64,000 bases of DNA, from contig OX597838.1 of assembly GCA_951406725.2 (NCBI GenBank), forward strand, positions 806,001 to 870,000, written 5' to 3'. The DNA comes from Octopus vulgaris. Its lineage: Eukaryota. A model generated the notes under the pieces. That model searched no databases and was not told the origin of the DNA. It saw nothing but the letters and a program-made list of their open reading frames with translations. Shown here piece by piece: positions 13,395 to 30,380 of this stretch. The translations under genes were made by a program, and so were the position numbers. How positions within the stretch are numbered: position 1 is the stretch's first letter; the number at the start of each line of letters is the position of its first letter.

Positions 13395-14411
13395 GGACAC
13401 ATAGATAGAGGGACAGAAAACTAGCGAGAGAGAAAGAGAGGGAGAGAGAAAAAGAGAAAGAGAAAATGACTACACCATTGTAAATTAAACATCGTATGTA
13501 GAGCGTGAGGTGTTACCGGACGCTTTCATCTGAAATTATTCTAAGAGGAAGAAGGGATTACGTAATTAGCCGTGGTTGGTCGGAATCGTATATAGCCGGG
13601 ACTCTTTTGTAAAGAAGGTAAGAAAGAAAATATCCGTAAAATAAAAGGTAAATGAATCAAATAAGCCTTTGGTACAGAAGAAAGAAAAGAAAAGAATAGA
13701 ATAGAGAAACTGGGGACAATAAGATATGCCTGGGTGAGTTCTGGTTATAAGCCTGGGATTGTCATAGGAAGCCATCAAAACCAAGCGAAAATATAAGTGC
13801 ATCGAAGTGAGTGCAAGAAACGCTGACGTGGATCTAGAGCTGATTGTATGCATGTGTGAATGATTAGGGTAGGATGATGGAGTGATGGGAGGAGAGGATG
13901 CGATAAAGAGAAGGGGAAGAAAGAAGCTGAGACGGTAATTAACTGGTTCGCGTAGGAACATTATGTGTATGGGTATGTGGTTGAGGTGGGAGAAAGACCA
14001 AGGGAGATGAAGGGTGTGAGAGAAAATGAGATTGAGAGGGAGAGAGATGAAAGGAAAGGTGAAAATTATGACACACAGACAGTTAAAGAATGGTCAGAGG
14101 AAAGAGAAGTAGAATGAAAGCATTTAAGATGAGATGAAAATCCTTGAAGGGCCTACTACCAGCCTTTACTGATTGGTGGGACTCGACTATATATTTAAAA
14201 TGAATTTTTGCTCATGAAGGTAAGGAGAGAAAATCGTGTTTTTAGACTTCAGGAAAGCCTCTAGGAAGAGTGAATTCTTTAGGATAATTGCATTGTAGGC
14301 CAAGTAGAGCTTGTATCACCAGTTGACTGTATATGACAGCTTTTTTCTTCAACAATGATATCTGGCTAACACACACACACACATACATACATACATACAT
14401 ACATACATACA

Positions 14412-14446
<35 letters not shown>

Positions 14447-14538
14447 GTGTGTGTGTATACACATAGATATAGATAGACACACACATATATACATTTATAT
14501 ATATATGTATGTATATATATGTATATGTATATATATAC

Positions 14539-14580
<42 letters not shown>

Positions 14581-14676
14581 ATATGTATATATATATATAC
14601 ATATATGTATGTATATATATATGGATGTATATATATGTATATATGTATGTATATACATATATGTATATATATAAAT

Positions 14677-14759
<83 letters not shown>

Positions 14760-15540
14760 TGTGTAGTAACATCCAGACGACGGTGTTGTGCACTGTAATA
14801 CGGCAATTGGTCCACATTGTAGCATACAGTTTAATCTTGTGAGAAACAGAGTCTGCGAGCCACGTTCGAATATCGGTCGTATTTCACTTACTGCGCAATA
14901 ACACTTGGTGAAGGCATCAACGTCACACATTCCATTTCATCACCTTTGATTCAATAGGACAATCATTCTCCTTAATCAATACCCAATGATCACTAAACGC
15001 CAGGTGACTGATTCTATATCTGATGCTTGTGTGTGCGGCGGACGTAAATACTGTTTGGACGGAATATGTTATCAGAATATCCAATGTCGTAACGAATAGC
15101 GTTGCTATTTCAGACGTCATCAAGGCAGCCATATTTTATAACTGCTCCATATTTCACAAATGAATTGTAGCTGACTAAACTTCGATACAATTTAAACAAT
15201 TGTTTCTCAGCCGGGTGACACAGAACTGGTTGGTGCCATCTTCGAAATAACAGTAAAGAAAACACAAAAGCAAGAACCGAAACGAATGCAAGAACTCTAT
15301 TAAACCCTTTAACTCTAAGCATCACAACCGAACGCCACGACCATCCCCACTCACCATTGCCGATCCTAACAACCAATATCACCCAGATATCCTCTCCTTA
15401 TGTTAAGGAGGTGGATGGGGATTTGAGGGAGGCTTTGCTACAGTTTCTAATACATCGAGTGACTAATTTTTGACCACCTATCCATAAGGCTGTCGGACAT
15501 AGTGTGGATGCACGTATAATCCAATATGTGTGTGCGTATG

Positions 15541-15584
<44 letters not shown>

Positions 15585-15987
15585 CGTGTGTTTGTGTCAG
15601 TGTCAATACCATTATATGCAAGCAGACGTGTACCTCTAAATATGTGTGTGTGTGTGCGTGTGTGTGTGTATGTGTGTGTGTGTGTGCATATATCTTCGTG
15701 TGTATATAGAGGTGTGCATATCATGAGCTGCAAGCGTGCCAGTGTGTAAACGCGAAGGTTGTCAGTCGGTCTGTCTGTGAAATCTGGAATACATTAAGAA
15801 AATGGAGATGTTATGAGGAAACATAACAAAATATCAGCTGAATTGGCCAGAAGAGCTTCCGGTGGGAAAAGAATTTCAAGGGAAAAACAAAATACAAAAT
15901 GGCCGAAAAACTAATGTGCAACGCATACACATGCGCGCGCACACACACAAACTCATATAGACGTGTTTGTGCATATATATATATATA

Positions 15988-16231
15988 TCTGTTTTTTGGG
16001 GGGTTTTGGTTTGCAAGATTCTTTATGTGGGTTCGTGTGTTGAAGCATATTCAGTTATGTCTGGGGAGAGTCATTTTCTTTTTGTTCCTTATAATTTAAC
16101 ACACTCATGGAAAAATTTCCACTTATTTCTTAATTTTATTCTTATTTTTATAAGAAATAAGTGGAAATTTTACCGGTGTGTGTGTTAAGTTATAAGGCAC
16201 AAAAAGAAAATGACAATCCCCAGACACAACA

Positions 16232-16233
<2 letters not shown>
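15988..16233. mobile_element. Fold-back (inverted-terminus) insertion in (TA)n, Penelope-like
   Basis: Imperfect inverted arms 16054-16132 and 16151-16230 with an 18-nt spacer, a one-sided extension to the left, and (TA)n on both flanks. Confidence 0.55.
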
Positions 16234-16285
<52 letters not shown>

Positions 16286-16847
16286 AAACATAGATAGATA
16301 GATAGATGCATATATGTATGTAGATATATACATCATGCATATACTTATATATGTACACACACACACGCACATATATATATAAAATACTGATGCAAAAATA
16401 TGCATATGCATGCATTCTTACATTCATACTTACATACATATATACATATATGCATATATGCGTACGCATGTGTGTGTGTGTGTGTGTATGTTTATATGTA
16501 TGCGGTGGTAATGTTATAGCAAGACCTACTGACACAAATCTAGGAAATGCTTGAGATTTTCACAGGGACAGATGATCCCTTTTTAAAGATGTTGACGGGA
16601 TGGGGGGAGCGGCAAATGAACAGGGGGTAGGTCGAGGATCATGTTTAGGGAAGTTGCGTTGAAGGCAACAGTCGTAATAGAATGTCTCATGGGGTCGCTA
16701 GGGGATTCCAGAGCCTGTTAGTTTATTTGACCCCTCCCTACATAGAAAGGGGAGAAGAGGGGGGAAGAGCCAGAATGAGACATTAGAATTAAAGTATCAA
16801 TGAAGCCTTGGGAAATATTTTATATACACGCTGCTAATTGCATATGC

Positions 16848-16937
<90 letters not shown>

Positions 16938-17106
16938 TATATATGTATACAAGTATATATAATGTATATACGCATATATATGATATATAAGAATATATAT
17001 ATATATATATATATATCTGTATGTATATATCCATGTATTCGTATTTATACATACACACATAAATGTGTGAGGTATGTGTTGTGTGTGTAATGAATATATA
17101 GAAATG

Positions 17107-17172
<66 letters not shown>

Positions 17173-17600
17173 GTGTGTACGTGTGTGTGTGCAAGTACAT
17201 CACCTATTTTCAAGTATGCATTATATAAATATATACACACAACAACACATTAGTACATACACAGATGTTTGCAAAACACATACAAAGACATGTGATATAC
17301 ATATTCATCCCCTTCCTACATACAAACACGCACACACACTGACACGCACACACACACACACGCACACACACACATACACACACTGACACGCACACACACA
17401 CACACACACACATACACACACACATACCCACACTGACACACACACACACGGAAGTTACATGTTTTTGCTGAAGTATTACACAACATTTCAAGTCATGTTA
17501 TATTTGTATTTTCTTTCTCTCTCTCTTTCTATCTTTCTCCCCCCTCTCTCTCTCTCCCTCTCACCCTCTTTCCCCTTATACGCGCCAATACACACACATA

Positions 17601-17922
17601 ACTGGCACTCCGTCGGTTACGACGACGAGTGTCCAGTTGATCCGATCAACGGAACATCCTGTCCGTGAAGTTAACGTGCAAGTGGCTGAGTACTCCGTAG
17701 ACACGTGTACCCTTAACGTAGTTCTCAGGAAAGATTCAGCATGACACAGAATGTGACAAAGCTGGGTCCTGTGAAACACAGGTACAACTCATTTTTGCCA
17801 GCTGAGTGAACTGGAGCAATATGAAATAAAGTGCCTAGCTCAAGGACACAACGCGCCCTCGAGAATCGAACCCACGTTCTTACAATCGTAAGCCGAACAT
17901 CCTAGCAACCAAGCCATGCGTC
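17601..17922 (-). mobile_element. SINE family C, tail type 1
   Basis: Head GCATGGCTTGGTTGCTAGG...GGTTCGATTCTC; core TGTGTCCTTGAGCTAGGCACTTTATTTCATATTGCTCCAGTTCACTCAGCTGGCAAAAATGAG; shared tail. Confidence 0.9.
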
Positions 17923-18119
17923 TTCATACACACGCATATATTGTACATGCATGCATACATACATACATACATACATACATACATACATACATACATACAT
18001 ACATACATACATACATACATACACACGTGCATACATATATGTATATACATATGTTTATATATGTATGTATATATATGTATGTGTGTATATATACACACAT
18101 ACATATGTGTATATATGTG

Positions 18120-18242
<123 letters not shown>

Positions 18243-18353
18243 ATATATCTTCATGTGTATATAGAGCTGTACATATCATGAGCTGCAACGTACTAGTGTT
18301 TAAACGGACATGCTGTTCCGTTGATCGGATCAACTGGAACCCTCGTTGTCGTA

Positions 18354-18389
<36 letters not shown>

Positions 18390-19594
18390 ATTGTATTATT
18401 TTATATATCATGTTATAGACACACAGGCGCGCGCTCACACATAGAAACGCTGTCTTTACTCATGTATAATGCTAGACATTTTCTATAAAGAGTGACAGCG
18501 TCGCAGTTGGAGGGAGCATTATTGTATTGCAGTGATTATTTAATAAAAAAAGCCCGAAACTAAGAAAACTAAGAGGACGAAGGCAGCAAATCCGAAATAT
18601 CTATCGACTAATCTCCACACTCGATTGCCAATAGCTATGAAACACTGGATCGATTAACCACTGATTGGGACTTTTTAAATTAAATACTGATTGGGACTTT
18701 TCAGGAAAGATGTGGACGCTGCTTTTGTTTGCTAAACACTCCGTTGTATGCCAGACGCACACAAAGGAGCCGTCTGTTCAACAGAACTCTCTTGAAAATT
18801 CTTTCCCAATGACTGAAAGTTCTGAAATACCCAAAGAACTATTCCATACTCTTGTACTCTAACAACATACCAGCATCTTTTCAGTTCTGCTGGGCGAGCA
18901 ATCCCAACCAAATATCACCAAATAAGGGAAGATTAATTCTTGCCCCATGGAATTTGGAATTAGTTTCCTGTTATGTCTAAGACTTTATCTATTCTCCTTT
19001 GACCAACTGCCTCCGGCATTTCTTTAAGAGTTGAAAAATGGTAGATTAAAGAAGTGAGGTAATTGTGTCGCAACGGAAGGATTCTTTGAAAATGTCTATG
19101 AAGTCAAGTGCCCCTTCCAAAACCTTGTAAAACCATTCCAACTTCATTTTTCTTTATTAACTATGGATGCAATACAGGAATTTTAAATCCAATAATATTT
19201 TTCCTTCGCCCAAACACAGAAGCAAAATCCTTCTTATTTGGCGTTTCTAGTATTTCAACCGAATTTCTGGCCACCAATTGTCTTTCCTGGATCAAAACTT
19301 ACCCTCGCAGCCACAATCTTTCCTTTCGCTCTTTCACCGAAGACATCTGCTGGCAAAAACTTAAGCAAATAACTGGGTGGGGCTCAGTTGAGCCTTATTT
19401 TAATTTCAACATCGAATTAGTCCTGAAAACTCGTCCCCACTTCTTTACGGCCCGGAATTGTAAAAAGGTAGAAAGCAATAGCGTTATGCAGTCTGAGAAG
19501 CAGAGTCCAATGAATCTATGGTGGTGGTCAGTTTTGGCAAAAATAACAGTGAAGTTGGTGTTTTTATACCGGTTTGTATAGCGTGCGGAGACAG

Positions 19595-19633
<39 letters not shown>

Positions 19634-20306
19634 CGGCGACGAGGAGGAAGAAAGGGAGGGGAAGAAAGTGGAGCAACCTGGCGTTCCAGGACTGACTCCT
19701 CCCTTTTTTCTCCTCTTTCTGTCTTGCCTCTCTCCTTACTCTTTCTCGCTCCATCTTTCGTTCTTTTTCTTTCTCTTCCTCCCCCCTTTCCCTTCCTCTC
19801 TCTTCCCATCTATTTCACTCTCTTTTTCCTTCTCCCCCCCCACGGAGCATCAGCCCCAGTTCACAAGACACACAATTCTATCCTAATCACCTACTCATTC
19901 ATATACCATTACCGTCGATTTAACCGCAAGATATCACTGGTATTTATATACAAATACTAACTTTATGTCAAGATGAAAGAAACTATTTAATCCATGACGG
20001 AGAAGGAATGTCAGCCACAGATTCCTTGGACAATAATCATAGAGGGATAAAACCGGACAGCTGGACGCTGGCCACATTAGGATGCGATGTCAAGCGAAGG
20101 AAGAGTTCTTTCATAAGAGGGTGTTTCCGGTGGGCTTGTGGTGGCGTGGGACAAGGATTGGTTGATAAGGGTTTGGGCTGAGGGTGTAATGGATTTGTAA
20201 AGATGTTTGTATAAGGAAGGATAGACAGACTAACAGACAAAATAGAAACGTTGGCAGACATATAGACAGACAGACAGACAGGCAGGTAGGTACGTAGGTC
20301 GGTGGG

Positions 20307-20387
<81 letters not shown>

Positions 20388-20754
20388 GTACAACATTCTC
20401 ACCATAGCTGTATTTGTGAACAACATCAACAAGAACATCAACTAATACGATAATTACAAACACTGCGGCTATACCTTCACACCATTAACGGAAGCTGGTA
20501 GCACCACTGTCGGCCATTTTGTCCAACAAACTTTCCTTCATATGTATATATAAATAAATGTGCGCGTGTGTGTGTGCGCGCGCGTATGTGTAGGCGTGTG
20601 TGTGTGTGTGCACATACATGCACACACATTGGCCTCTGGATTCCAGTGTGAGTTTGGCATGTGCAAACATCCGGGCTTTTCTCACGGACAGATATAGCTT
20701 TTGACAAACATCGCGCGAAAGTGGATGGACTGACAGGTTAAGTTACTTTCCACA

Positions 20755-20795
<41 letters not shown>

Positions 20796-20922
20796 TTGCA
20801 CACATACACACATCATACATCATACACACACAAACATACACACCGCGTATGCGCACATATATGTGTCTGTGCGTATGTACATATATATAGATATATGCAC
20901 ACACACATATATATATATGTAT

Positions 20923-20955
<33 letters not shown>

Positions 20956-21370
20956 AACTGCTCTTTTTAGCATGCAAGGTGTCCTGTTAAGTTCATCTCT
21001 TTTGTGTAGAGAAATGTACACTAATTTTATATGAAATATATATGTTTATATATTTACACATATATACATATATACATATACACATACATGTTTTTTATAC
21101 GCATGTGTGTGTGTATGTGTGTCACTCACCGCCACATACTCTTATAGTCATAAAGATATATGTGCTGACATGCATATACTCATACCTACTCTTACACATG
21201 TATACACATACACATTTACACATACATATATACACTTTATACTCACACATACACACACACACATATATAAATATATAAATATATATAAAAATACATATAT
21301 ATATTATATTAAATTAGAGATAAAACCACTATTAGGCAAATCAAACAATGAAAAACTTAAGCCAATACAT

Positions 21371-21412
<42 letters not shown>

Positions 21413-21655
21413 AGAGGAGGGGTATGAATATCCCGGCAGGTAAGGCGTTATTCTCTGGAAAGTGCGAAGTTTATTTCATGGTTTACTTAGAGAGTAAAAT
21501 CACAAAACGATAATTACAAATACTGCAGATACACCTCCACACCCGGAACGGAAGTTGGTATCACCACTGTAGGATTTCCTAGTAAAGCGAAGAATTTCCG
21601 TGGAAAGTGTGAATGTTCAAATTCTTCGTTTTCTTTATTATTATTATTATTATTA

Positions 21656-21728
<73 letters not shown>

Positions 21729-21911
21729 TAGATATATATATATACATATATATACATATATATATACACACACACACATACACAAATAAACGTGTGTGTG
21801 TATGTGTGTATGTGTGTGAAATTAAATATTGAACTCTTCTGTTTAAGTAACAGTTAGTCACTGATATTGTAAAGAGCAAAGTAGCTGGTAACTCTAATGA
21901 GAAGTAATGCC

Positions 21912-22208
21912 TGTCGCCATTTCAACATGGCTGTTCCGCCGTAATGACGTTACTGCTATTCTCTGTATACTGTGAGCTAAAGCAAACAACTGCTGTCTCG
22001 AGCGGACAGGTGTCCAGCACTGAGGGGGCAAAAATAGCACGAAACCGGGCGGTCTGCTAGTCCTGTCAAGTCGTTAGAAAATAGTTGGAGTTTGCTTCCC
22101 TACTTGCAATATACAGGCGCAGATAATCAGCCAGAGGAAGTTTCCTCTTGGGGCTAAAAACGGTAGCAACGTCGCTTAGTACAGAATAGCCACGTTGAAG
22201 TGGAGACA
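21912..22208. mobile_element. MITE with ~45-50-bp imperfect TIRs
   Basis: Left tgtcgccatttcaacatggctgttcc...gacgttactgc versus reverse complement of right end tgtctccacttcaacgtggctattct...gacgttgctac. Confidence 0.65.
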
Positions 22209-22290
22209 AAGATTACTTCCCGATAGAGTTTCTATTTTCATCTCTTATGGAGATTTTCGAACTAACTATACATATAGAGAAAGGGAGATG

Positions 22291-22369
<79 letters not shown>

Positions 22370-22371
22370 GC

Positions 22372-22492
<121 letters not shown>

Positions 22493-23015
22493 TAAAAGTA
22501 TATATGTATACATAAATGTATATATATATATGTATATAAGGTGAGGTGGAGAGAATGAGTAAGATTGACTGCATTTCTAACTTTGAGAAAAAAATTTTCA
22601 TTTGCAAATGTTGGCTACCTTCCCAAAACCATTGCAGCAAAGCAAATAACATTCTCTAAATGCATTAAAAACACTAACATATCCTTTTCTACTCCAGGAA
22701 CAAGACCCGACATTTTGGCGGAATGGGCCAATCGATTAGGTTGGTTCCAGTCTGCAAATACATTTTACAGCCCAAATCGACGAGCGGAGAATCCGGTGCC
22801 CACAGCAGGTAGCGTTAGAGATGGGGGCAAGGGTTATAGATCTCGTGTCTTGCGTTTGGGAGAGACTCCGGTCTAGAGAGTTTTTCGGAAACCTTGCCTG
22901 CTCTGCTATGCAAAGCTTCCATCATCTGCTCCCATTTATATAGGACTCCGGCTGCTCGATGATCCTCCATTTAATTTCGGATAGAGTTCCTTCCACGCGT
23001 AACAGACTAGGGACG

Positions 23016-23062
<47 letters not shown>

Positions 23063-23193
23063 CAGAGATATTCTACTAACATATATATGCATGTAATCGT
23101 CTACATAATGAGTATGTATATATATATATATAATATATATATATATATATAAAATTATGTATATATGACTGTATATATAACTATGTATATAAC

Positions 23194-23225
<32 letters not shown>

Positions 23226-23685
23226 TGTATGTATGTATGTATGTATGTATGTATGTATGTATGTGTGTATGTACGTATGTATGTGTGTATGCATGTATGT
23301 ATGTATATATGTATGTGTGTATGTGTGTATGTATGTATGTATGTGTGTATGCATGTATGTATGTATGTGTGTATGTATGTATGTATGTATGTATGTATGT
23401 ATGTATGTATGTGTGTATCTATGTATTTATGTGTGTGTGTGTGTATGTATGGCTGACTGGCTGGCTGACTGGCTGGCTGGCTGGATGGATACTACGTGGT
23501 CGATATTTTCAACCGAGACTTTACAACCGTATCTGATTTCTCAAGTTCTTCAATTCTGTGTGTGTATAGATATACTTACTCAATTACTGACATTTATCAT
23601 TTTTCACGACACAGGCCTGCTAGGACTTAAGACACACATGTTTGTGTGAGTGTGAGTGAGTGTGTGTGTGTGTGTACATCTGCCT

Positions 23686-23764
<79 letters not shown>

Positions 23765-24039
23765 TTGATATGGACGTATAAAAACATACAATTTATATAT
23801 GTGCTTTATGTGTGCATGCATATATACTGGCACATGCATATATAGATAGCTACATACATGCATGCATACATACATGCATGCATACATACAACAAACACAC
23901 ACACATAATCACATCCACGTATTATTGTGGAGCTGGCTACCAGAGTAATCAACTTAAACAATAAAAAAAGTATACTTTCATTGCACGAGACTTCTGGAGC
24001 AGACTTTACTTAGCTCACATAATTAGTTAGACCTACAAT

Positions 24040-24100
<61 letters not shown>

Positions 24101-24121
24101 TCTCACACACACATACACATA

Positions 24122-24188
<67 letters not shown>

Positions 24189-24287
24189 ATATATACACAT
24201 ATATATACATATATATACACATATATATACATATATATATATATACACATATATATACATACATATGTATATATTTACAAACGTATG

Positions 24288-24328
<41 letters not shown>

Positions 24329-24927
24329 GTATACAAGATGTGCATGAACATGTGTGTGCACGTGTGTGTGTGTGTAGGTGTGCGTGCATGTATTATTTAC
24401 GTATGTATGAATGTGCTTCTGATATGGAGAACTTGATTACAAAGTGATATTTAATATTTTCTAACAGCTGGTTGCAAAACGAGACAAGCATCACACACAC
24501 ACACACACACACAGAATTCTCCATAGACACATACACACACACGTATGTATTATTTGCGTGTATATATGTATATACACCCGCCTCCACACACAGGCACATG
24601 TGTATGATATCTGTCCTTGTGTTTGTTCAAGTAATTTGATCCGCGGCTGTGTATTGAAACCGGAACACTCTCGTTAGGGTAAAGTCATACAGCACAACTA
24701 CACACATCCACCCCCGTGTTCCTGACTTTAGTTTTAATTGTCTTAATTAGATTGTGTATTATTAATGATTCCTCTTAACAATGTATCTGTTGCATGAAGA
24801 GAGAGAACAGGTGGACAACCCATCCCATCAAACGCAGGGAACCATTTGAGGACAGGAATCGTTGCCAACGGATATTTTTATTCATGGTCGCTCAGAAATG
24901 AAAACTTACAAAATAACGGTTGAAGCT

Positions 24928-25142
24928 TCCTTTCTTCGATTGGCACAAGGCCTGGAATTATGGAGGAGGTCGGGGTGAGTCGATTACATCGACCCCAGTG
25001 TTCGACTGGTACTTCATTTATCGACCCCGAAAAGATGAAAGATAAAGTCGATCTCGGCGGAATTTGAACTCAGAACGTAGCGACGGGAGAAATACCGCTA
25101 AGCATTTCGTCCAGCGTGCTAACGATTCTGCCAGATCGCCAG
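24928..25142 (-). mobile_element. SINE family A
   Basis: Near-consensus copy followed by (AAT)n. Confidence 0.9.
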
Positions 25143-25146
25143 CTTC

Positions 25147-25266
<120 letters not shown>

Positions 25267-25415
25267 ATGATAATAAGTTCTGTGAAATTTAAGCAGAGGG
25301 CAAGTAAATTTGAGAGTGGGGGCAAAGAATAATAGGATATTTGATTACTAATTAGTTTTGTATCAGGCGCCATCTTTATTTCTTTTCGGTCAATATATGT
25401 TTGTGTATGTGTGGG

Positions 25416-25448
<33 letters not shown>

Positions 25449-25499
25449 ACATGTATATACATACACATATATATATATAAATAAATATATATGTATATA

Positions 25500-25593
<94 letters not shown>

Positions 25594-25744
25594 CACGTGT
25601 GTGTATGTATACGTATGTTTATATATATATAACAATCTGTTTTTGTAATTTAATTTACATCAGTAAACAAAAGTGTGTAATATACCATTGGAAGGTAAGT
25701 TGACCCTTACACACAAATACACATACACATACACATCCTCACAT

Positions 25745-25807
<63 letters not shown>

Positions 25808-25940
25808 AGCACACACATGCACAAACATATACACACAACACTCGTGTATGTGAATATTAATATCAATCTATTATATACGCACACATAAAACTATATGCAC
25901 ACATGTATGTATAACTTATGCTCAATATATATATTTATAG

Positions 25941-25987
<47 letters not shown>

Positions 25988-26054
25988 TGTGTGCATGAAT
26001 ACAATATAATATATAATATAATATACAATATAATATGATATACAATGTAATATG

Positions 26055-26090
<36 letters not shown>

Positions 26091-26355
26091 ATTTGTAGTC
26101 GTATAATTTGAGAGACTGCCGAAGTGTGACGATCAAAATATGTGCATACGTGTATATAATATATACATGTGTTAACACATATTCCTTGCGATAACACATT
26201 ACAATCACAACTTGATAGTGTACACACGAGTCCACATATACATACATGCATTCATACGTGTATACACTCCCGTATGTATACACAGATACCAATAAACACA
26301 CAAAAACACACACACACACATACATATATATATATTATATTTATGCATCGGCACA

Positions 26356-26512
26356 GGCGTGGCTGTGTGGTAAGTAACTTGCTTCCCAACCACTTGATTC
26401 CGGGTTCAGTCCCACTTGTGGCACCTTGGGCAAGTGTCTTCTACTATACCCCCGGGTCGACCAAAGTCTTGTGAGTGGCTTTGGTAGACGGAAACTGAAA
26501 GAAGCCTTTCGT
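26356..26512 (+). mobile_element. SINE family B, 5' half
   Basis: GGCGTGGCTGTGTGGTAAG...GGGTTCAGTCCC...CCTTGGGCAAGTGTC...GGTAGACGGAAACTGAAAGAAGCC then (TA)n. Confidence 0.9.
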
Positions 26513-26678
26513 ATATATATATATATATGTTAGAGGGTAAAATTAATTAATTAATTAATAATTAATAATTCTACTAAGTAGTTCGGTATGATAAATGAAC
26601 TATTTTCGGTAAATATGAGTATTATTACAATTAGGGTTCAGTAAAAAATTATAATTATACTCATAATTATAAAAATTT

Positions 26679-26781
<103 letters not shown>

Positions 26782-26803
26782 CAGATATATATATATATGG
26801 AAT

Positions 26804-27946
<1,143 letters not shown>

Positions 27947-27947
27947 C

Positions 27948-27982
<35 letters not shown>

Positions 27983-27991
27983 CATACATGT

Positions 27992-28108
<117 letters not shown>

Positions 28109-28119
28109 CATACATATAC

Positions 28120-28264
28120 TCGATGGGATTCTTTCTGCCTCCGTCTAACAAACCTACTTAACAGGGCTTTTAACGGCCCGAGGCTAGAGTAGAAGAAACT
28201 TGTTGAAGATGCTATGCAGCGGAACTGAACCCGAAACCATATTGTTGGAAAACAAGCTTCATAC

Positions 28265-28268
<4 letters not shown>
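28120..28268 (-). mobile_element. SINE family B, 5' half, diverged
   Basis: Reverse complement GTGGTATGAAGCTTGTTTTCCAAC...GGGTTCAGTTCC...TAGCCTCGGGCCG...TAGACGGAGGCAGAAAGAATCCC. Confidence 0.75.
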
Positions 28269-28326
<58 letters not shown>

Positions 28327-28330
28327 CACA

Positions 28331-28362
<32 letters not shown>

Positions 28363-28598
28363 TATTACCATGCACGAAACTCGGTCCTTGAGTCATTTTC
28401 TGGCTTCTGCCGATTATCATCATCATCATCCTCCTCTTCATTATTATTATTATTATTATTATTATTACTAACGTGTGTGTGTGTATTTGTATGTGTCTGT
28501 GTGTGATTGTGTGTTTGCGTGTATATATGTTCATAAATATTCATATCTATAAATACATGAATATATACGCACGCATAAATATACACACATCCCCGCAC

Positions 28599-28656
<58 letters not shown>

Positions 28657-28957
28657 GCACACACATTGTTATATATGCAGACACTTGTATACATAAGACA
28701 ATTTGTCAATAGTCGAGAAAACTAATGTATCGGCATGTATATAAACGCGTGTGTATATATATGTATGTATAATTTTCAATGTGCGTGTGTATGTATTTAT
28801 ATGCTTAATGTTTGTTTATGTATGTGTGAGAATTTACATGTTTGTGTTTGTATGTGGGAATGTGTATATATATATATGCGTTGTTAACGTGTGAGTTTCT
28901 GTGTTCTGTCTGCATGAACTATGTATGTGTGTGTGTATATATATGTGTGTATGTGTG

Positions 28958-28998
<41 letters not shown>

Positions 28999-30160
28999 AT
29001 AAAATTGGCCCAAGAAGAAAAAAACAAGACACCAACTAAACAAAAGACACTCTAAACACACACCCACACTCACTCACATACAAACACACACACATTCACT
29101 CATACATGCACCCGCGGACACACTTTCATACACAACTTTACTCACCGCCCCTATTACTATCACCACAACCACTCTCCCCACCCCATCACTATTACTACTA
29201 CTACTCCAACTACCACCACCACTACTACGAATACTACTACTCCCACCATCACCAATATCTAACAGAACAACCACCTCTTCTGCTACGACTATTAATATTA
29301 CCCCTCACACCACCACCACCACCACCACCACCTATGTAATGATACCATGACCACCACTACCAACAGTGACCCCCACCTCCAACATCACTGCATAACATCT
29401 TCCAAAAGAAACCCAGTTTTTCTGTCGGTTTCGCAGCCAAGCCGGATGACTGGTTGATGGCTGGAGGTGTCAGCAGGAAGTGGGAGGAGTTTAAACTGGT
29501 TGACGTAATGAGGAGGCGTGGTTTAAAAAACGTTGCAATAGAGAAAAAGAGGAGGGAAGGGAGGGAAACGAAAAACGAAAGTGAAAGAAGCGGGACGTCG
29601 ATGTTATTATTGAAGGCAATTAGAGAGTGTTTTGGTCAGGACATCTGTTGATTGGGGGTGGGAGGGAAATGGTGTAGAGTGGGGGAGGAAAGGGAAGAGG
29701 AGAAAAGGAAGGGATGGGGTGGGGAAGGGGAGGGGCAGGAGTGGAAGAAATGTGATTATAGATGGATGCTGGACGAACATTTAAATAAAGTTGTGTTAGA
29801 GAGAGTGAGCGCGAGAGAAAGAGAAGTGAGGAGGGAGAGAGAGGGGGAAGAGAGAGAGAGAGAGAGAGAAGGGGAGAGACAAAGAGGCAGTACAAGGAAA
29901 TACATTATGTGTAGGAATTATGCTCATCATATGAATGCATGTATGTATGTGTATGTTTATAGATATACATATATTTGTGTGTGTGTATATATATGTATAT
30001 ATGTATATGTATGTATATTTATATATATATATATATCATATGTTATATATGAATATATACATACATATAAATGTGTGTATATGTGTATATATAGATGTAT
30101 AAACATGTGTGTGTGTGTGTGTAATACATTATACTATGGAGTAGAAACAGTGTTATGTAT

Positions 30161-30345
30161 ATATACAAACTTGTTACCGGTTCAAATATACTTGAGTCAT
30201 ATTCGAACCCGTAATAAAGCTATTCAATCCATCTTGTCCTTCGGTTACACCGAGAAATTTTCTCCATCACAAAATACAGTGAATGTCTCTCTTACGGGTT
30301 CGGGTATGCCTCAGGCATATTTGAACTGGTACCAACTTTGTATAT
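30161..30345. mobile_element. MITE with ~54-bp TIRs and TA-rich flanks
   Basis: 30161-30214 atatacaaacttgttaccggttcaaatat...cgaacccgtaa pairs with 30292-30345 ttacgggttcg...atatttgaactggtaccaactttgtatat (8 mismatches by eye). Confidence 0.8.
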
Positions 30346-30380
30346 ATTATACCAAATTATGTCATATTTATATATATATA

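Noticed and set aside
14233-14262. IVFLDFRKA, resembling the RT motif FLDFSKAFD
   Set aside because: Only about 9 residues with no flanking RT similarity visible.
19108-19581. 157-aa non-repetitive ORF in a unique block
   Set aside because: Non-ATG start, no domain signature and no convincing splice structure.
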